Shown: one piece after another, positions 1 through 10,799 of the stretch
Position numbering within the stretch: position 1 is the stretch's first letter
How the letters are laid out: each line of letters starts with the position of its first letter
From: Octopus vulgaris
Taxonomy: Eukaryota
Direction of reading: 5' to 3'
NCBI GenBank assembly: GCA_951406725.2
Contig: OX597818.1
Coordinates: 85,436,001 to 85,500,000, forward strand
Length of the DNA: 64,000 bases
Made by a program: the position numbers and the translations under genes
Notes under the pieces: generated by a model
Told to the model about the DNA's origin: nothing
What the model saw: only the letters and a program-made list of their open reading frames with translations
Databases searched by the model: none

Positions 1-165
1 ATATATATGCACACTACTGCGTCCCTTGCCCAAGATGTCCCTAGCAAATCTATACCTGTCTCTCCTCATCTCTCTAGGTTCCCTCCATCACTCTTCTGTC
101 CACTCTGTTATTCTGCTGCTATAATTAATGAAAACAATCACCCTCTCTCTCTCTCTCTCTCTCTC

Positions 166-333
166 TCATTTAAACCAGCCATATTTGGCCTATCATATCT
201 TCTCTACCATTACAGTCTAAAAAGAAACAATCACATCATCAAAATCATGAAGCTATGAGATAATGAATGATTAATTCAAAACAATGTGAATAAATAAGCA
301 TTGCATTTGACAGAGTTATCTGAATGCTAAAGC
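166..333. mobile_element. piggyBac-like MITE-1, partial
   Basis: Contains atgattaattcaaaacaatgtgaataaataagcatt...aatgctaaag, shared with 42936-43116, and is the reverse complement of copies at 26267 and 56721. Confidence 0.7.
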
Positions 334-962
334 CATTTCTTATTGACATCCATCCGTCATTCTTACAACCAACCTCTCCTGCTCCTATTTGCCATTGTCA
401 ACCCTACCCTTGTTCACCATTCACTGCATTTGCCCCTTACATAACTCTGACCACCTTCTCCTATTTCTGTCCATTATTCACTCTCTCTCCTTCAATAATC
501 TTGCTGCCTTTGCCCACCATTTCTGATCCTTCTGTCTTCATGCTCTCTTTCCTGTTCAGCTTCTTGGACATATTACCTTAAGGATCACTTTATCAACTTA
601 TCACCAACATCTTTATCTTTCTGGCATCACTCCATCCACCCAACCCATATATAATGCAGGATAGTACTGAATCATTCCACCACAATAAACCTAAATCTGT
701 TCCACCCAGCTTATTATTAACCTCTCACCCCATTGCATAAAGCCACCTCTCTCTCTTAATCTCTTGTAGTCAAGAAGTCCCATTAGTCTAGCATGTTACA
801 ATGCAGCTTCACTACTGCCACGGAAACATGCACCGATTACATCCAAAGACGTATGTGTGAGTGTGTATGTGTATATTTATACATACATATATATATATTG
901 ATATATGTATATATGCATACACACATAATTCAGACACACTTTATATATAACACTTGTGTGTG

Positions 963-1002
<40 letters not shown>

Positions 1003-1394
1003 TACTATGTATGTGTGTGTGTATAAATATATAAAGAGTGTCTGTATATATGTGTGTAGATGTGTATATCTTTATTCATGTGTTTATGCACATACACTTA
1101 TCTTGAAGTATGAAGTATGGTTAAAACTTACTTAAGCTTCCTATGAAGAAAATGTCCTTAGCTGCATTGTATAGTTAAGCATTGGACTTCAAGAGTTCAT
1201 TCAACTTGATAGCATGCATATGTGCACGTGCACACACACACACACACACACTTATGTGAAGAATATGGTACTTTTATATCTCTAAGAACTAATATTTATT
1301 GCTAGAATGAAGTTGAGTGAATATTGACAGGTTCTAAATGGAAGTCTCAGACTATTCTGCTGAGAAACACTGCATATTCACCAGAAATGTAAAA

Positions 1395-1435
<41 letters not shown>

Positions 1436-1576
1436 TTGACTGGATGTATCACAATTTAACTGCAACTCTATATATATTATATACTTTTGTTGAGAATGTT
1501 TTATTTTCATACTGCGTTTAGTGCAATTAAACCTCACACTCAAATATCGTGTGTGTATCTGTCTGTGTGAGGAAAT

Positions 1577-1858
1577 CTGGTGTAGTGGCTAGAGTGTTTG
1601 GTTCATGGTCGTTGGGTTGTGAGTTTGATTTCCAGCAGTCGATTGTCTCCTTGAGCAAGACACTTTGTTCCAGTTCACTCAGCTAGCAAAAATGACTAGC
1701 ATCTGTAATTCAGCCTTATTACACTGTGTCATGCTGAGTTTCTCTAAGAACTATAAGGGTACACATCTTCGGAATGTTCAGCCACCTGCACATTAATTTT
1801 GAGTAGAATGTTTGGTTGATCTGATCAACTAGGAATCTTGCCATAACCGCCAGAGTGT
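1577..1858 (+). mobile_element. tRNA-derived SINE-C with CORE-like central domain, degenerate
   Basis: A-box-like ggtgtagtgg, B-box-like gagtttgattt, then ccttgagcaagacacttt; colinear with 38052-38374. Confidence 0.7.
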
Positions 1859-2061
1859 AGAGCCATGTGTGAGTGTGTAATTCTTTTTGGGAGTGGTGAA
1901 TCTCAAAGCAAACTTTAAAGAACATCATTGAAATATTAGGTTTAAAAAAAAACCCTTTGCATAGTCAAAGCTTACCTGTTTGATATGAATCCACATTTGT
2001 TGTAAGCATGGCAGTCATTCTTATGATGTCAGTACACACACGCACACACAGACATCCATAT

Positions 2062-2220
2062 GTGACAGACTTACAGTTTCTGTCTACCAAATTCACTCAT
2101 AAGGCTTTGGTTAGCACTAGGCTATAGTAGAAGACACTTGCCCAAGGTGTCACACAGTTGAACTGAACCTAGAACCATGTAGTCAGGAAGCACACTTCTT
2201 AACACACAGCCAGCCTGCAC
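2062..2220 (-). mobile_element. SINE-A 5' half (tRNA head)
   Basis: cagtttctgtctaccaaattcactc...gacacttgcccaagg...acacacagcca, matching 62933-63094. Confidence 0.8.
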
Positions 2221-2254
2221 ATGTCTGTGTATGTGTGTGCATGTGTGCACACAC

Positions 2255-2470
2255 ACGCATATCTTCCCCCACCACCACTTCAAAATTAGTGTTGGTATAT
2301 TCACAACCTTGCAACATAGCAGTTTGGCAAAATGAGATTGTTAAAGTAAGTCCTAAACTTAAAACAAAAAATGTTCTGGAACCAATTAGTCAGCTAAACC
2401 TCTTAAGGTAGTGCCCCAGCATGGTCACTGTCCAATAATTAAAACAAGTAAAAAAATAATAAAGATAAAG
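2255..2470 (+). mobile_element. SINE-A 3' half
   Basis: Ends gtgccccagcatggtcactgtcc...aaacaagtaaaa like other SINE-A tails. Confidence 0.7.
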
Positions 2471-2964
2471 AACATGAATGCACACACACACACACACACA
2501 CTTTTACATAGATATGTGGTGTGTCACTCTAGCTTTCTCTGTTGTTCTCAAGTCATTGACTTGTAATCTTCACAAACAACCTGTAGAGGAAACAATTTTC
2601 TTCTCCTCCCGAACTCCTTTCTTCCTTTTATTCATTATGCTGTGTTGTTGTTGTAGTTGTTGTTGTGGTGGTGGTGGTGCAGCAGCAGCAGCAGAGCTTT
2701 TATTTATTTTTCTTCAAAAACCTGTTAAAAAGTTAGTTCTTCCGAGAAATTTTCCTTTCTTTGAATTTTTTTTTTTTTAATTCTGCAGGAGAGTAGACAT
2801 GGCGATAAGGGTGGTGTGGCTGGTGATGGTGGTGGTCTGTGCCATAGCAGTGGTGAAGGGGTGGGGCAGGGGTGGATGATGGTGGTGTTGGTGATGAGGG
2901 TATGGAATCAATACAAAGCAGTAAACAAAAATCTATTTGGTTCAGGAAGTAAATTATGTTAAAA

Positions 2965-3000
<36 letters not shown>

Positions 3001-3760
3001 CAACAACTGATTTAAGAATGTTAACTTGTTTATTTGCAGGTAGAGGTACATATGTTTATAATCTTCCCATTATTTTTGTTTCCATATTCTCTCTTCATAA
3101 ATTCATTTATTTATATATTGATATTTGGAGTGGGAAGGGTGACATTTTTTAGCTTCTTGACACTTCATATATATATATATACATACATACATACATACAT
3201 ACATACATACATACACACACATACATTATACAAACACACACATACACATATATATTTATTTATTTCCTCATTTTATTTTTATAATATGTATATATATAAT
3301 TTTTTTCTTCCTGGCTCTTGAAACTCTGCTAATTGCCGAAAATATAAGGTCGTTTGCTCACGGCTAACCACATGCGCATATCCTCCCATCCACATGCATG
3401 CAATCATACACTCATATGGATGCACGCACACAACCACACACACCAGCATACATCCATGTGAATATCTCAATATCCACATGTGAATGCTGATATGCGCTTG
3501 TATCCAAATTTCATGCACACTCATATAACCTATACATCTACATGTGTGCCCTCACCACCTCTTCAGGTGCTGCCATGTACTCATATATATATTTGATTCA
3601 TACATGCACATGTATATATACTTTCATATACGCTCTTATCATTTATAAGTGCACATACATTACATAGGTATGTATGTGCGTGTTTGTATGTATACATATA
3701 TCTGTGTGTGTGTATATGTATACATGTGCATATATAAACATATATACATATTGTACACCA

Positions 3761-3797
<37 letters not shown>

Positions 3798-4179
3798 AAC
3801 ATACATACTTACAAATACATATATACATACACACATGCACACATGCGCACATAGCACACAGATACATACATGTGTACTTGTATTTCAGTTACACTCCACC
3901 ACCTCCACCTCCCCACACACTAATACTGCAACGCATACCAACACATACCGAAAACTTCCCCCCCTGCCTGCACCCTAGCCCTTCACAACCTCCACCCTCA
4001 CCCCCCACCCTTTCATCACATCATTGGTTTTAATTAAAGCTTAAATGTCACTGCAGTTTCTCCAATTTGGATGCTGTCTGATGTTACTTCAACTTTAAAG
4101 TCAGACTTTTTGTTTGTTTATTTTTTTTTTCTTTTCACATTTTGCTGTTGCCATACTTTCTTGTAGAATTTGCTTCTTC

Positions 4180-4950
4180 TGCTGCTGCTACTACTACTAT
4201 TACTACTACTGTCTGCTCCCTACTCCTTTTTCATAATTTGACTTGTTGCTGCTGTTTCTGCTGCTACTATTACCACCACCACCACTATTACTGCTACTAC
4301 TATTGCTGCTACTTCTATCACTAGTACTCCTACCACCACTATTGCTGCTGCACATAATACTACTACTACTACTATTACCACCAGCATCACTACTACTGCT
4401 ACTACTACTACCACCACAATCACTACTACCACCTCTACCACAATCACTACTATCACCACCACAATCACTACCACCACCACCACAATCACTACTACCACCA
4501 TCACCACAATCACTACTACCACCACCACAATCACTACTACCACCACCACCACCACCACAATCACTACTACTACAACTACTACTATTCAACTGTTGTGGTT
4601 GTTTATGTGGTTATGGATTTCCAAACATACCATTATTATTACCTTCACACACACCCTATACAAGCATGGGCTTCTTTCTGTCTTGTAACTAGGTGCTTGC
4701 CAAAGTATTCTGGATCATCATCTTCACCATTTGTCATTGTTGTCACCACTATCTTCATTATCACTGTCATTATTGCCATTGATCTCTTCACAATCATCAG
4801 CATAACAACTATAATAATCATCGTCATTATTTCTGCCTTCACCATAACCACCACCACAACTATAACAACCATAGCCATCATCACCACCATCATTGTCATT
4901 GCCACCATCATCATCACCACCACCACCACCACCACCACCACTATCATCAC
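4180..4950. repeat. Compound (act)n/(acc)n/(atc)n trinucleotide tract with a higher-order accaccacaatcactact unit at ~4410-4575
   Basis: Read directly; explains the poly-V/L/S/T pseudo-ORFs. Confidence 0.9.
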
Positions 4951-5077
4951 TGATAAAACGTACTAGTTGAGCACTAGGGTCAATGTAATTGACTTACCCC
5001 CTCCCTCAAACTTGCTGGCCTTGTGCCAAAATTTGAAATAATAATAATAATTATTATTATTATTTTTATCAGTATTA

Positions 5078-5446
5078 TTATTACCTTCACTTTAGCAATG
5101 GCAGAGGTATTGTTTTCAATTGTGTTTGTTTATTTAAACGTGGACAAGGTATCTCAGGAGCTGCTGGATGTATCCAGATGAAACTTTCAGGGATGTTTGG
5201 CCTCATGACTAGTACAAACTGATTAGGTTTTGGGATCAATCCAGTACCGGACAAGGATTTGGGATTATTTTTCCTGTTTTTTTCTCTTAATTTTTGAGAG
5301 TGGTCGGGTTCATTTTTAGTATTCTCATTTGTGAGAGAAGTCAAGTTTATTTCAGGTATTCCCATTTTAAAAATCATCTCTGCCTAATCATTGAGAGGAC
5401 ATTGGTGTTGCCTTGCTGGAGGTTTATGCTCTCTGAGTGCTCTTGT
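5078..5446 (+). mobile_element. Non-autonomous Helentron-associated element (HINE/DINE-1-like)
   Basis: 5' ttattaccttcac, short gttt repeat, gatgaaacttt core, 3' subterminal inverted copy ccttgctggaggt, then terminal hairpin tgctctctgagtgc; sits in T-rich flanks. Confidence 0.65.
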
Positions 5447-5469
5447 GGTTGTTGTTGTTGTTATTATTA

Positions 5470-5685
5470 GGGTGGTGAGCTAGCAGAATCGTTAGCACAC
5501 TAGGTGAAATGCTTTGCAGTATTTCATCTTCAGCTATGTTCTGAGTTAAAATTCTGCCGAAGTCGACTTTGCTTTTCATCCCTTTGGAGGGCAATGAAAT
5601 AAGTACCAGTTACACACTGGGGTCGACATAATCGACTAGCTCCCTTCCCCAAAACCTTTCAAGGCCTTGTGCCTAGAATAGAAAT
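5470..5685 (+). mobile_element. SINE-B (tRNA-like head, Nin/Deu-like domain), full length
   Basis: ggtgagctagcagaat...gagttaaaattc, then gcttttcatccctttggagggcaatgaaataagtaccag, which resembles the Nin/Deu domain. Confidence 0.75.
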
Positions 5686-6013
5686 AATAATGATTATTAT
5701 CATCATCTTGGTTGGATTTATATTCAAATCATGTGTTGTATTAATGTATGTACGTGGATTCATTCTTAACTTTGTAGGTGTTTGTTGTTTCTTTGTTTTA
5801 TGTTTCTTTTTTGTAAGCGTTTCTTTGTAGAAAAGTTTTTCTCAACATTAGTTTCTCCATGAATCACAGAGGAAAATATTGCATGTGTGTGATGAGTGGG
5901 GTGAGATATTAAGCTGTATAGAGATATCCTTGCATACACATACATGCACCATATATTTATATATGTGTGTGTGTGTATATATATATATATACACACTCAC
6001 ACACACACACACA

Positions 6014-6101
<88 letters not shown>

Positions 6102-6604
6102 TCATACACATACACATATGTAGACATGCCACTGCATACAAATATACACATATCCCTGCATGCATATGCACACACATGCATATTGACTTGCATATAACAA
6201 CCATATCTATAAGGGGATGGTGGGGAAAATATAGAGTTGGTGGAGCAACTTACGGCGTATTGTGAAAAGTTCTCATCTCCTGTGCACCAACTGTCTCAAA
6301 TAGCATCGCCACCACCACCACAACTGCCTTCCCCCTCCCTTTTAGGACTGAAGCACACTGAGTCATCAACTTAATAGAAAATGCCTACAATAGTCTCCAC
6401 ACCTTGCTTTTTGTTATGTTTGCTCTTGCTATTTTTTTGTTCTCTCTTTGTTGTTTCATAAAAATCACTGAGAGAAAGGGAGAGAGTCAAAGAGTTCCCA
6501 GCTAGGTGGGTGCGAGTAACAACTGCAACAGGAACGATAATATATAACCAATAGCAACTATAAATAACAACAACAGCAACATCAACAAAATGCGAGCAAT
6601 TATA

Positions 6605-7165
6605 ATCTTTTGTTTCATTCACTGGTCTGTGACCATGCTGGGGTACTGCTGTCTTTGAAGAGTTTCAGTCTAGTTAAACAAGTCAACCCCAGTACTTGTC
6701 ATCATCATCGTTTAAGGTCCGCTTTCCATGCTAGCATGGGTTGGACGGTTCGACTGGGGTCTGTGAGGCCAGGAGGCTGCACCAGGCCCAGTCTGATCTG
6801 GCAGTGTTTCTACAGCTGGATGCTCTTCCCAATGCCAACCACTCCATGAGTGTAGTGGGTGCTTTTTATGTGCCACCAGCACAGGTGCCAGGCAAGGCTG
6901 GTAATAACCACGATCAGTTGGTGCTCTTTACGTGCCACTGGCATGGAGGCCAGTCAGGGCAGTGATGGCAACAGCCACGTTCAGATGGTTCTTTTACGTG
7001 CCACCAGCACCGGGTATCACAACTACAATTTCCATTGATTTTTTTTTTTTTTTTAATCTCGTACTTATTCTATCGGCTTCATTTGCCAAACTGTCAAGTT
7101 ATGTGGACATAAGCAAACCAACACTGTTTGTCAAGTGGTGAAGAAGAGACAAACACAAAGACATG
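6605..7165 (-). mobile_element. SINE-A 3' half interrupted by an RTE 3' fragment
   Basis: SINE-A sequence stops at cccagtacttg (~6698) and resumes after poly-T at ~7055 (gtacttattctatcgg). Confidence 0.75.
6699..7038 (-). mobile_element. RTE-type LINE 3' UTR fragment with (gat)n tail
   Basis: Reverse complement of 51372-51826; has three gtgccaccagcac-type motifs and ctggatgctcttcc. Confidence 0.8.
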
Positions 7166-7239
7166 CATAATGCTCTCTCTCTCATATATATATATATATG
7201 TGTGTGTGTGTGTATGTGTGATGAACTCTCCTGTTGGTT

Positions 7240-7670
7240 TCGACATATGAGGGTCTGACAACCTACTCTTTCTTTGTCAGTCATAAGGCTTATTTTGAAT
7301 GTGACATTTAAGTTTCACCAACAGTTTGCAAAGAAGCCCACAGATCCTGCAAGTATGAGGATTACGGGTCAGTATAGGTGGTATATTTGCAGCCGCTTTT
7401 CTCCTTTTGCTTTGTACCCCAAATCCTGTTAATGCCGGTTGCAACAAAGTTTCTAATACCATTTTGACACACGATCTCCATTTTGTTTGCTCCAAGGCTG
7501 TTTCCTCAAAGGTGGTGTGAGCTATCTTCATTTCTAAGGGGTTACTCTTCATCTTGTTCTTATATCTGAGCCATGATCGACTAACATTCCTGTACCCACT
7601 ATCATGCTGGCTGTACATGAAGACTTCAGGTATTTTTTCGTCACTTATGCTGATGACATGGCCAGCCCAG
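7240..7670 (-). pseudogene. RTE (BovB-like) LINE ORF C-terminal fragment with C2H2-like zinc finger
   Basis: WAGHVISISDEKIP...YSQ...G.R..SR..LRYK..MK...FE..ALEQTKWR matches the RTE C-terminal W-x-GH-V...R-x-P...G-x-R-x-x-GRP...WR pattern; followed by C-RI-C...CH. Confidence 0.8.
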
Positions 7671-7695
7671 CACATATATATATATATATATATAT

Positions 7696-7909
7696 TCTTT
7701 TACTTGTTTCAGTCATTTGAATGCAGCCATGCTGGAGCACCACCTTAAGGGGTTTTAGTGGAACAAATCAGCTCCAGGACTTATTTTTTGTAAGTCTAGT
7801 ACGTATTCTGTCGGTCTCTTTTGCTGAATCACTAAGTTACAGGGTATGTAAGCACAATAACATCGGTTGTCAAGTGATGGTGATGAGGACAGACACAAAG
7901 ACACACACA

Positions 7910-7940
<31 letters not shown>

Positions 7941-8098
7941 GACAGATTTCTTTCAGTTTCCATCTGCCAAATCCACTCACAAGGCTTTGATCAACCCAAT
8001 GCTATAGTAGAAGACACTTGCACAAGGTGCCACACAGTGGGACTGAATCTAGAACCATGTGGTTGGGAAGTTAACTTCTTGCCACACAGCCACACCTG
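7696..8098 (-). mobile_element. SINE-A, full length with internal (ca)/(ta) microsatellite
   Basis: Tail, microsatellite and tRNA head are all colinear with 62015-63094. Confidence 0.88.
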
Positions 8099-8491
8099 AA
8101 TGGGCTTCCATACAGTTTCTGACTACTAAATTTATTCACAAAGCATTGATCAGTCCAGAACTATAGTAGTAGAAGAAACTTGCTTAAGATGTGAAGAGTT
8201 TTATTGCTTGTATCAATAGATGATCCCAGGCAGTACTAGTGTTGCAATGAAAGGAGCTTAAACACCTACAAAGCTGCTTCACTGATTGGTGAGTCATCAA
8301 CACCTGCATTCAGACGTAGAATACAGCTTTACTCTCAGCATATTAAGTGTTTACCCTAAATAGTCCTAGATACTAAATTAAATCTGAAAAAAAAAAAAAG
8401 ACAGGATGGTCATGGCTGAACTGTCTTAACCTGCGCTGACCTGAGGATACACAATAGCATTCAGTCTATAACTACTTCTCTAACAGTAATA

Positions 8492-8702
8492 TTCTTTTTA
8501 GTATAGGTAGAAGGCCTGAAATTTCAGGGTGCTAATTGATTACACTGATGTTAATAATGCTCAACTGGTACTTATTTCATCGGTCCCTAAAAGGATAAAA
8601 GGCAAAGTCAGCCTCAGCAGAATTTGAACTCAGACTATAAAGTCAAATGAAATGTCACTAAGCATCTTACCTGATGTGCTAACAGTTCTGCCAGCAAACC
8701 AC
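8492..8702 (-). mobile_element. SINE-B
   Basis: aactggtacttatttcatcg...aaaggcaaagtca...gaatttgaactcag...tctgccagc. Confidence 0.78.
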
Positions 8703-9195
8703 TTTTCACTAGCAGTAATCATCAATTTAGAGAGCTTCTGTGTTTAGTTTGTTTTTGATATTTGTATTCTCAGTATGCTGGATAGTTGAAGGTCACTTTG
8801 TATTGGTTTAGCACTTTTGTGTGAATGCGTGTGGGGTGTGTGTACATGTTTATGGGTAGATCTTGTGTTTGCTTGACCTGTGTGTATATGCCTGTGTTTG
8901 TATAGTTGTTGTGTTTATAGATTCCAATTATAATGTCTAAAAGTTGCTTTAGTTGTGGAACAAACTTTGGTTAAATGTTATGTATGCTTATATGATTGCA
9001 TATTTATGACTAAGTGACTATGTGTATGTTTGTTTATATCTACAGTATAAAAAGAAATAACAATGAATTACATATAAATTTGAAACAGGAACCATGTTTG
9101 TGTAGGATAACAGTTGGGATTGGGTGGTGCAAGGGATGGAAAAAGATCAAAATGAAGGTTTGCCATCATCACTACCACCACCATCATCACCATCC

Positions 9196-9521
9196 CCATT
9201 GAAAATCAGGGCCATATACTGCAACAGGTTTAAGGTTCAATAAAGCCCACAGTTTTTTCAATAGCATGCCAAAGAAATTCAGAAATTTATATGAAATCTA
9301 AGTAAATCTGTTTGAGAATTGCCAGGATTCTCTACTCTCTGTGATCCTGGATTCACCAATGCTATGGTAAGAGATGTATGTAACTAAGGGGACCAGCTTT
9401 AAACCACCTCATTTACCAAAAGCCAAAACTACCAAAGGGGAGTTGTAAAAGAGTATCAGTTGCATAGTAGTGCTCCAGCATGGTCGCAGTCTTAGAGCTT
9501 GAAACAGTAAAAGAATAAAAG
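9196..9521 (+). pseudogene. CR1/L2-group LINE 3' end (degenerate ORF2 C-terminus plus tail shared with SINE-A)
   Basis: 9257 onward reads FNSMPKKFRNLYEI*VNLFENCQDSLLSVILDSP, resembling the FNxLP...FKxxLDxxL...PDxP ending of CR1/L2-group ORF2. Ends gtgctccagcatggtcgcagtc...gaaacagtaaaagaataaaag. Confidence 0.6.
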
Positions 9522-9528
9522 GAAGGCT

Positions 9529-9698
9529 AGGTACAGGCATGGCTCTGGTTAAGAAGTTTACTTTGCAACTGCATAGTTGTAGGCTCAACTGCAGAGCACT
9601 TGTTTATTTTTAGCTTAGTCCGGAAACTAAGCAATACCTTGTGAGTGAATTTGGTTGGCAGAAACTGTGTGGAAGTCCATCGTGTATTTGTGTGGGTG

Positions 9699-9734
<36 letters not shown>

Positions 9735-10032
9735 TCTCTCTCTCTCAATCTCTCAAGCAGATTAATCTATAAATAATAGTGTAAATATTGGGTTAGAAAA
9801 CCCTTTGGATAGAAAAATTTGACGGTGTCCATGATGTCAATGTGTGTGTGTGCTTCCCTTTGTGTTTGTGTCTTCCCTCTCCTCACTTGGCAATCCTTGT
9901 TGGTTTGTTTATGTCCCTGTAACTTAGCAGTTAAACAGAAGAGGGTCAAAGAATAAATACCAAACTACAAATAAGTCCTGGGGGCAACTTGTCCTACTAA
10001 ACTCTTCAAGATGAGTAAAACAAGTAAAAGAT
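9529..10032 (+). mobile_element. SINE-A, degenerate full length with expanded central slot
   Basis: Head 9529-9685, (ct)n plus extra DNA, tail 9840-10032. Confidence 0.72.
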
Positions 10033-10050
10033 ATGTATGTTTTATATAAT

Positions 10051-10799
10051 GGAACTTGTGGATGAGCGAGACCCAAGAAAAGATGGGACAAAGTATTGAA
10101 GGACAATCTCAAGACACTGAGCCTTATGAAGGAGATGACTAAGGATTGAGATATCTGGTGCATTGCTGTGCTCAAGAAGACCTGTCTGCCACAGCAGAAT
10201 TGGTACTGATGCTGCTGGTGCCACATAAAAAGCACTCATGCTGGTCCCACATCAAAAACACTTGTGCTGGTGTCACATCAAAAACACTTGTGCCACATCA
10301 AAAGCACTCATGCTGGTGCCACATCAAAAACACTTGTGCTGGTGTCACATCAAAAACACTTGTGCTACATCAAAAACACTCATGCTGGTGCCACATCAAA
10401 AGCACTCGTGCTGGTGCCACATCAAAAGCACTCGTGCTGGTGCCACATACAAACCACTCATGTTGGTGTCACATCAAAAACACTTGTGCTGGTACCACAT
10501 CAAAAACACTCATGCTGTTGCCACATTAAAAACACTCATGCTTGTGTCACATTAAAACCACTCGTGCTGGTGCCACATGAAAAGCACTCATGCTGGCGCC
10601 ACATTAAAAGCACCCAAAATAGTGTCACATTAAAAAGCATTTGTGCTGGTGCCACATTAACAGCACCCAGTACACTCTGTGGAGTTTTTGGCATTAGGAA
10701 GGGCATCCAGCCATAGAAACATTGCCAGAACAGACAAACTGTCCAACCCATGCCAGCATGGAAAACGGATGCTAGATGATGATGATGATGATGATGATG
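10051..10799 (+). mobile_element. 5'-truncated RTE-type LINE: ORF end, 3' UTR with tandem array, (gat)n tail
   Basis: 10051-10209 reads GTCG*ARPKKRWDKVLKDNLKTLSLMKEMTKD*DIWCIAVLKKTC, the RTE GRP-x-K-x-W...DR-x-x-W motif with TGA at two Arg positions. Tail ggaagggcatccagcc...ccatgccagcatggaaaacgg...(gat)n. Confidence 0.85.
10213..10668 (+). repeat. 26-bp minisatellite, about 18 units (tgctggtgccacatcaaaa[a/g]cact[c/t][a/g])
   Basis: Unit starts counted at 10213, 10239, 10265, 10291 (20 bp), 10311, 10337, 10363 (20 bp), 10383, 10409, 10435 and onward. Confidence 0.92.

Noticed and set aside
2789-2879. Acceptor followed by ATG and a signal-peptide-like MAIRVVWLVMVVVCAIAVVKG
   Set aside because: Stops after 26 codons; the hydrophobicity comes from (gtg)n low complexity.
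4206-4966. Poly-V, poly-L/P and Ser/Gly-rich ORFs
   Set aside because: Trinucleotide repeat tract, open in several frames on both strands, with no splice or domain evidence.
10146-10716. Repetitive Cys/His-rich ORFs and a CRISPR-like look
   Set aside because: A spacer-less 26-bp tandem array in a LINE 3' UTR; no unique spacers and no cas genes.
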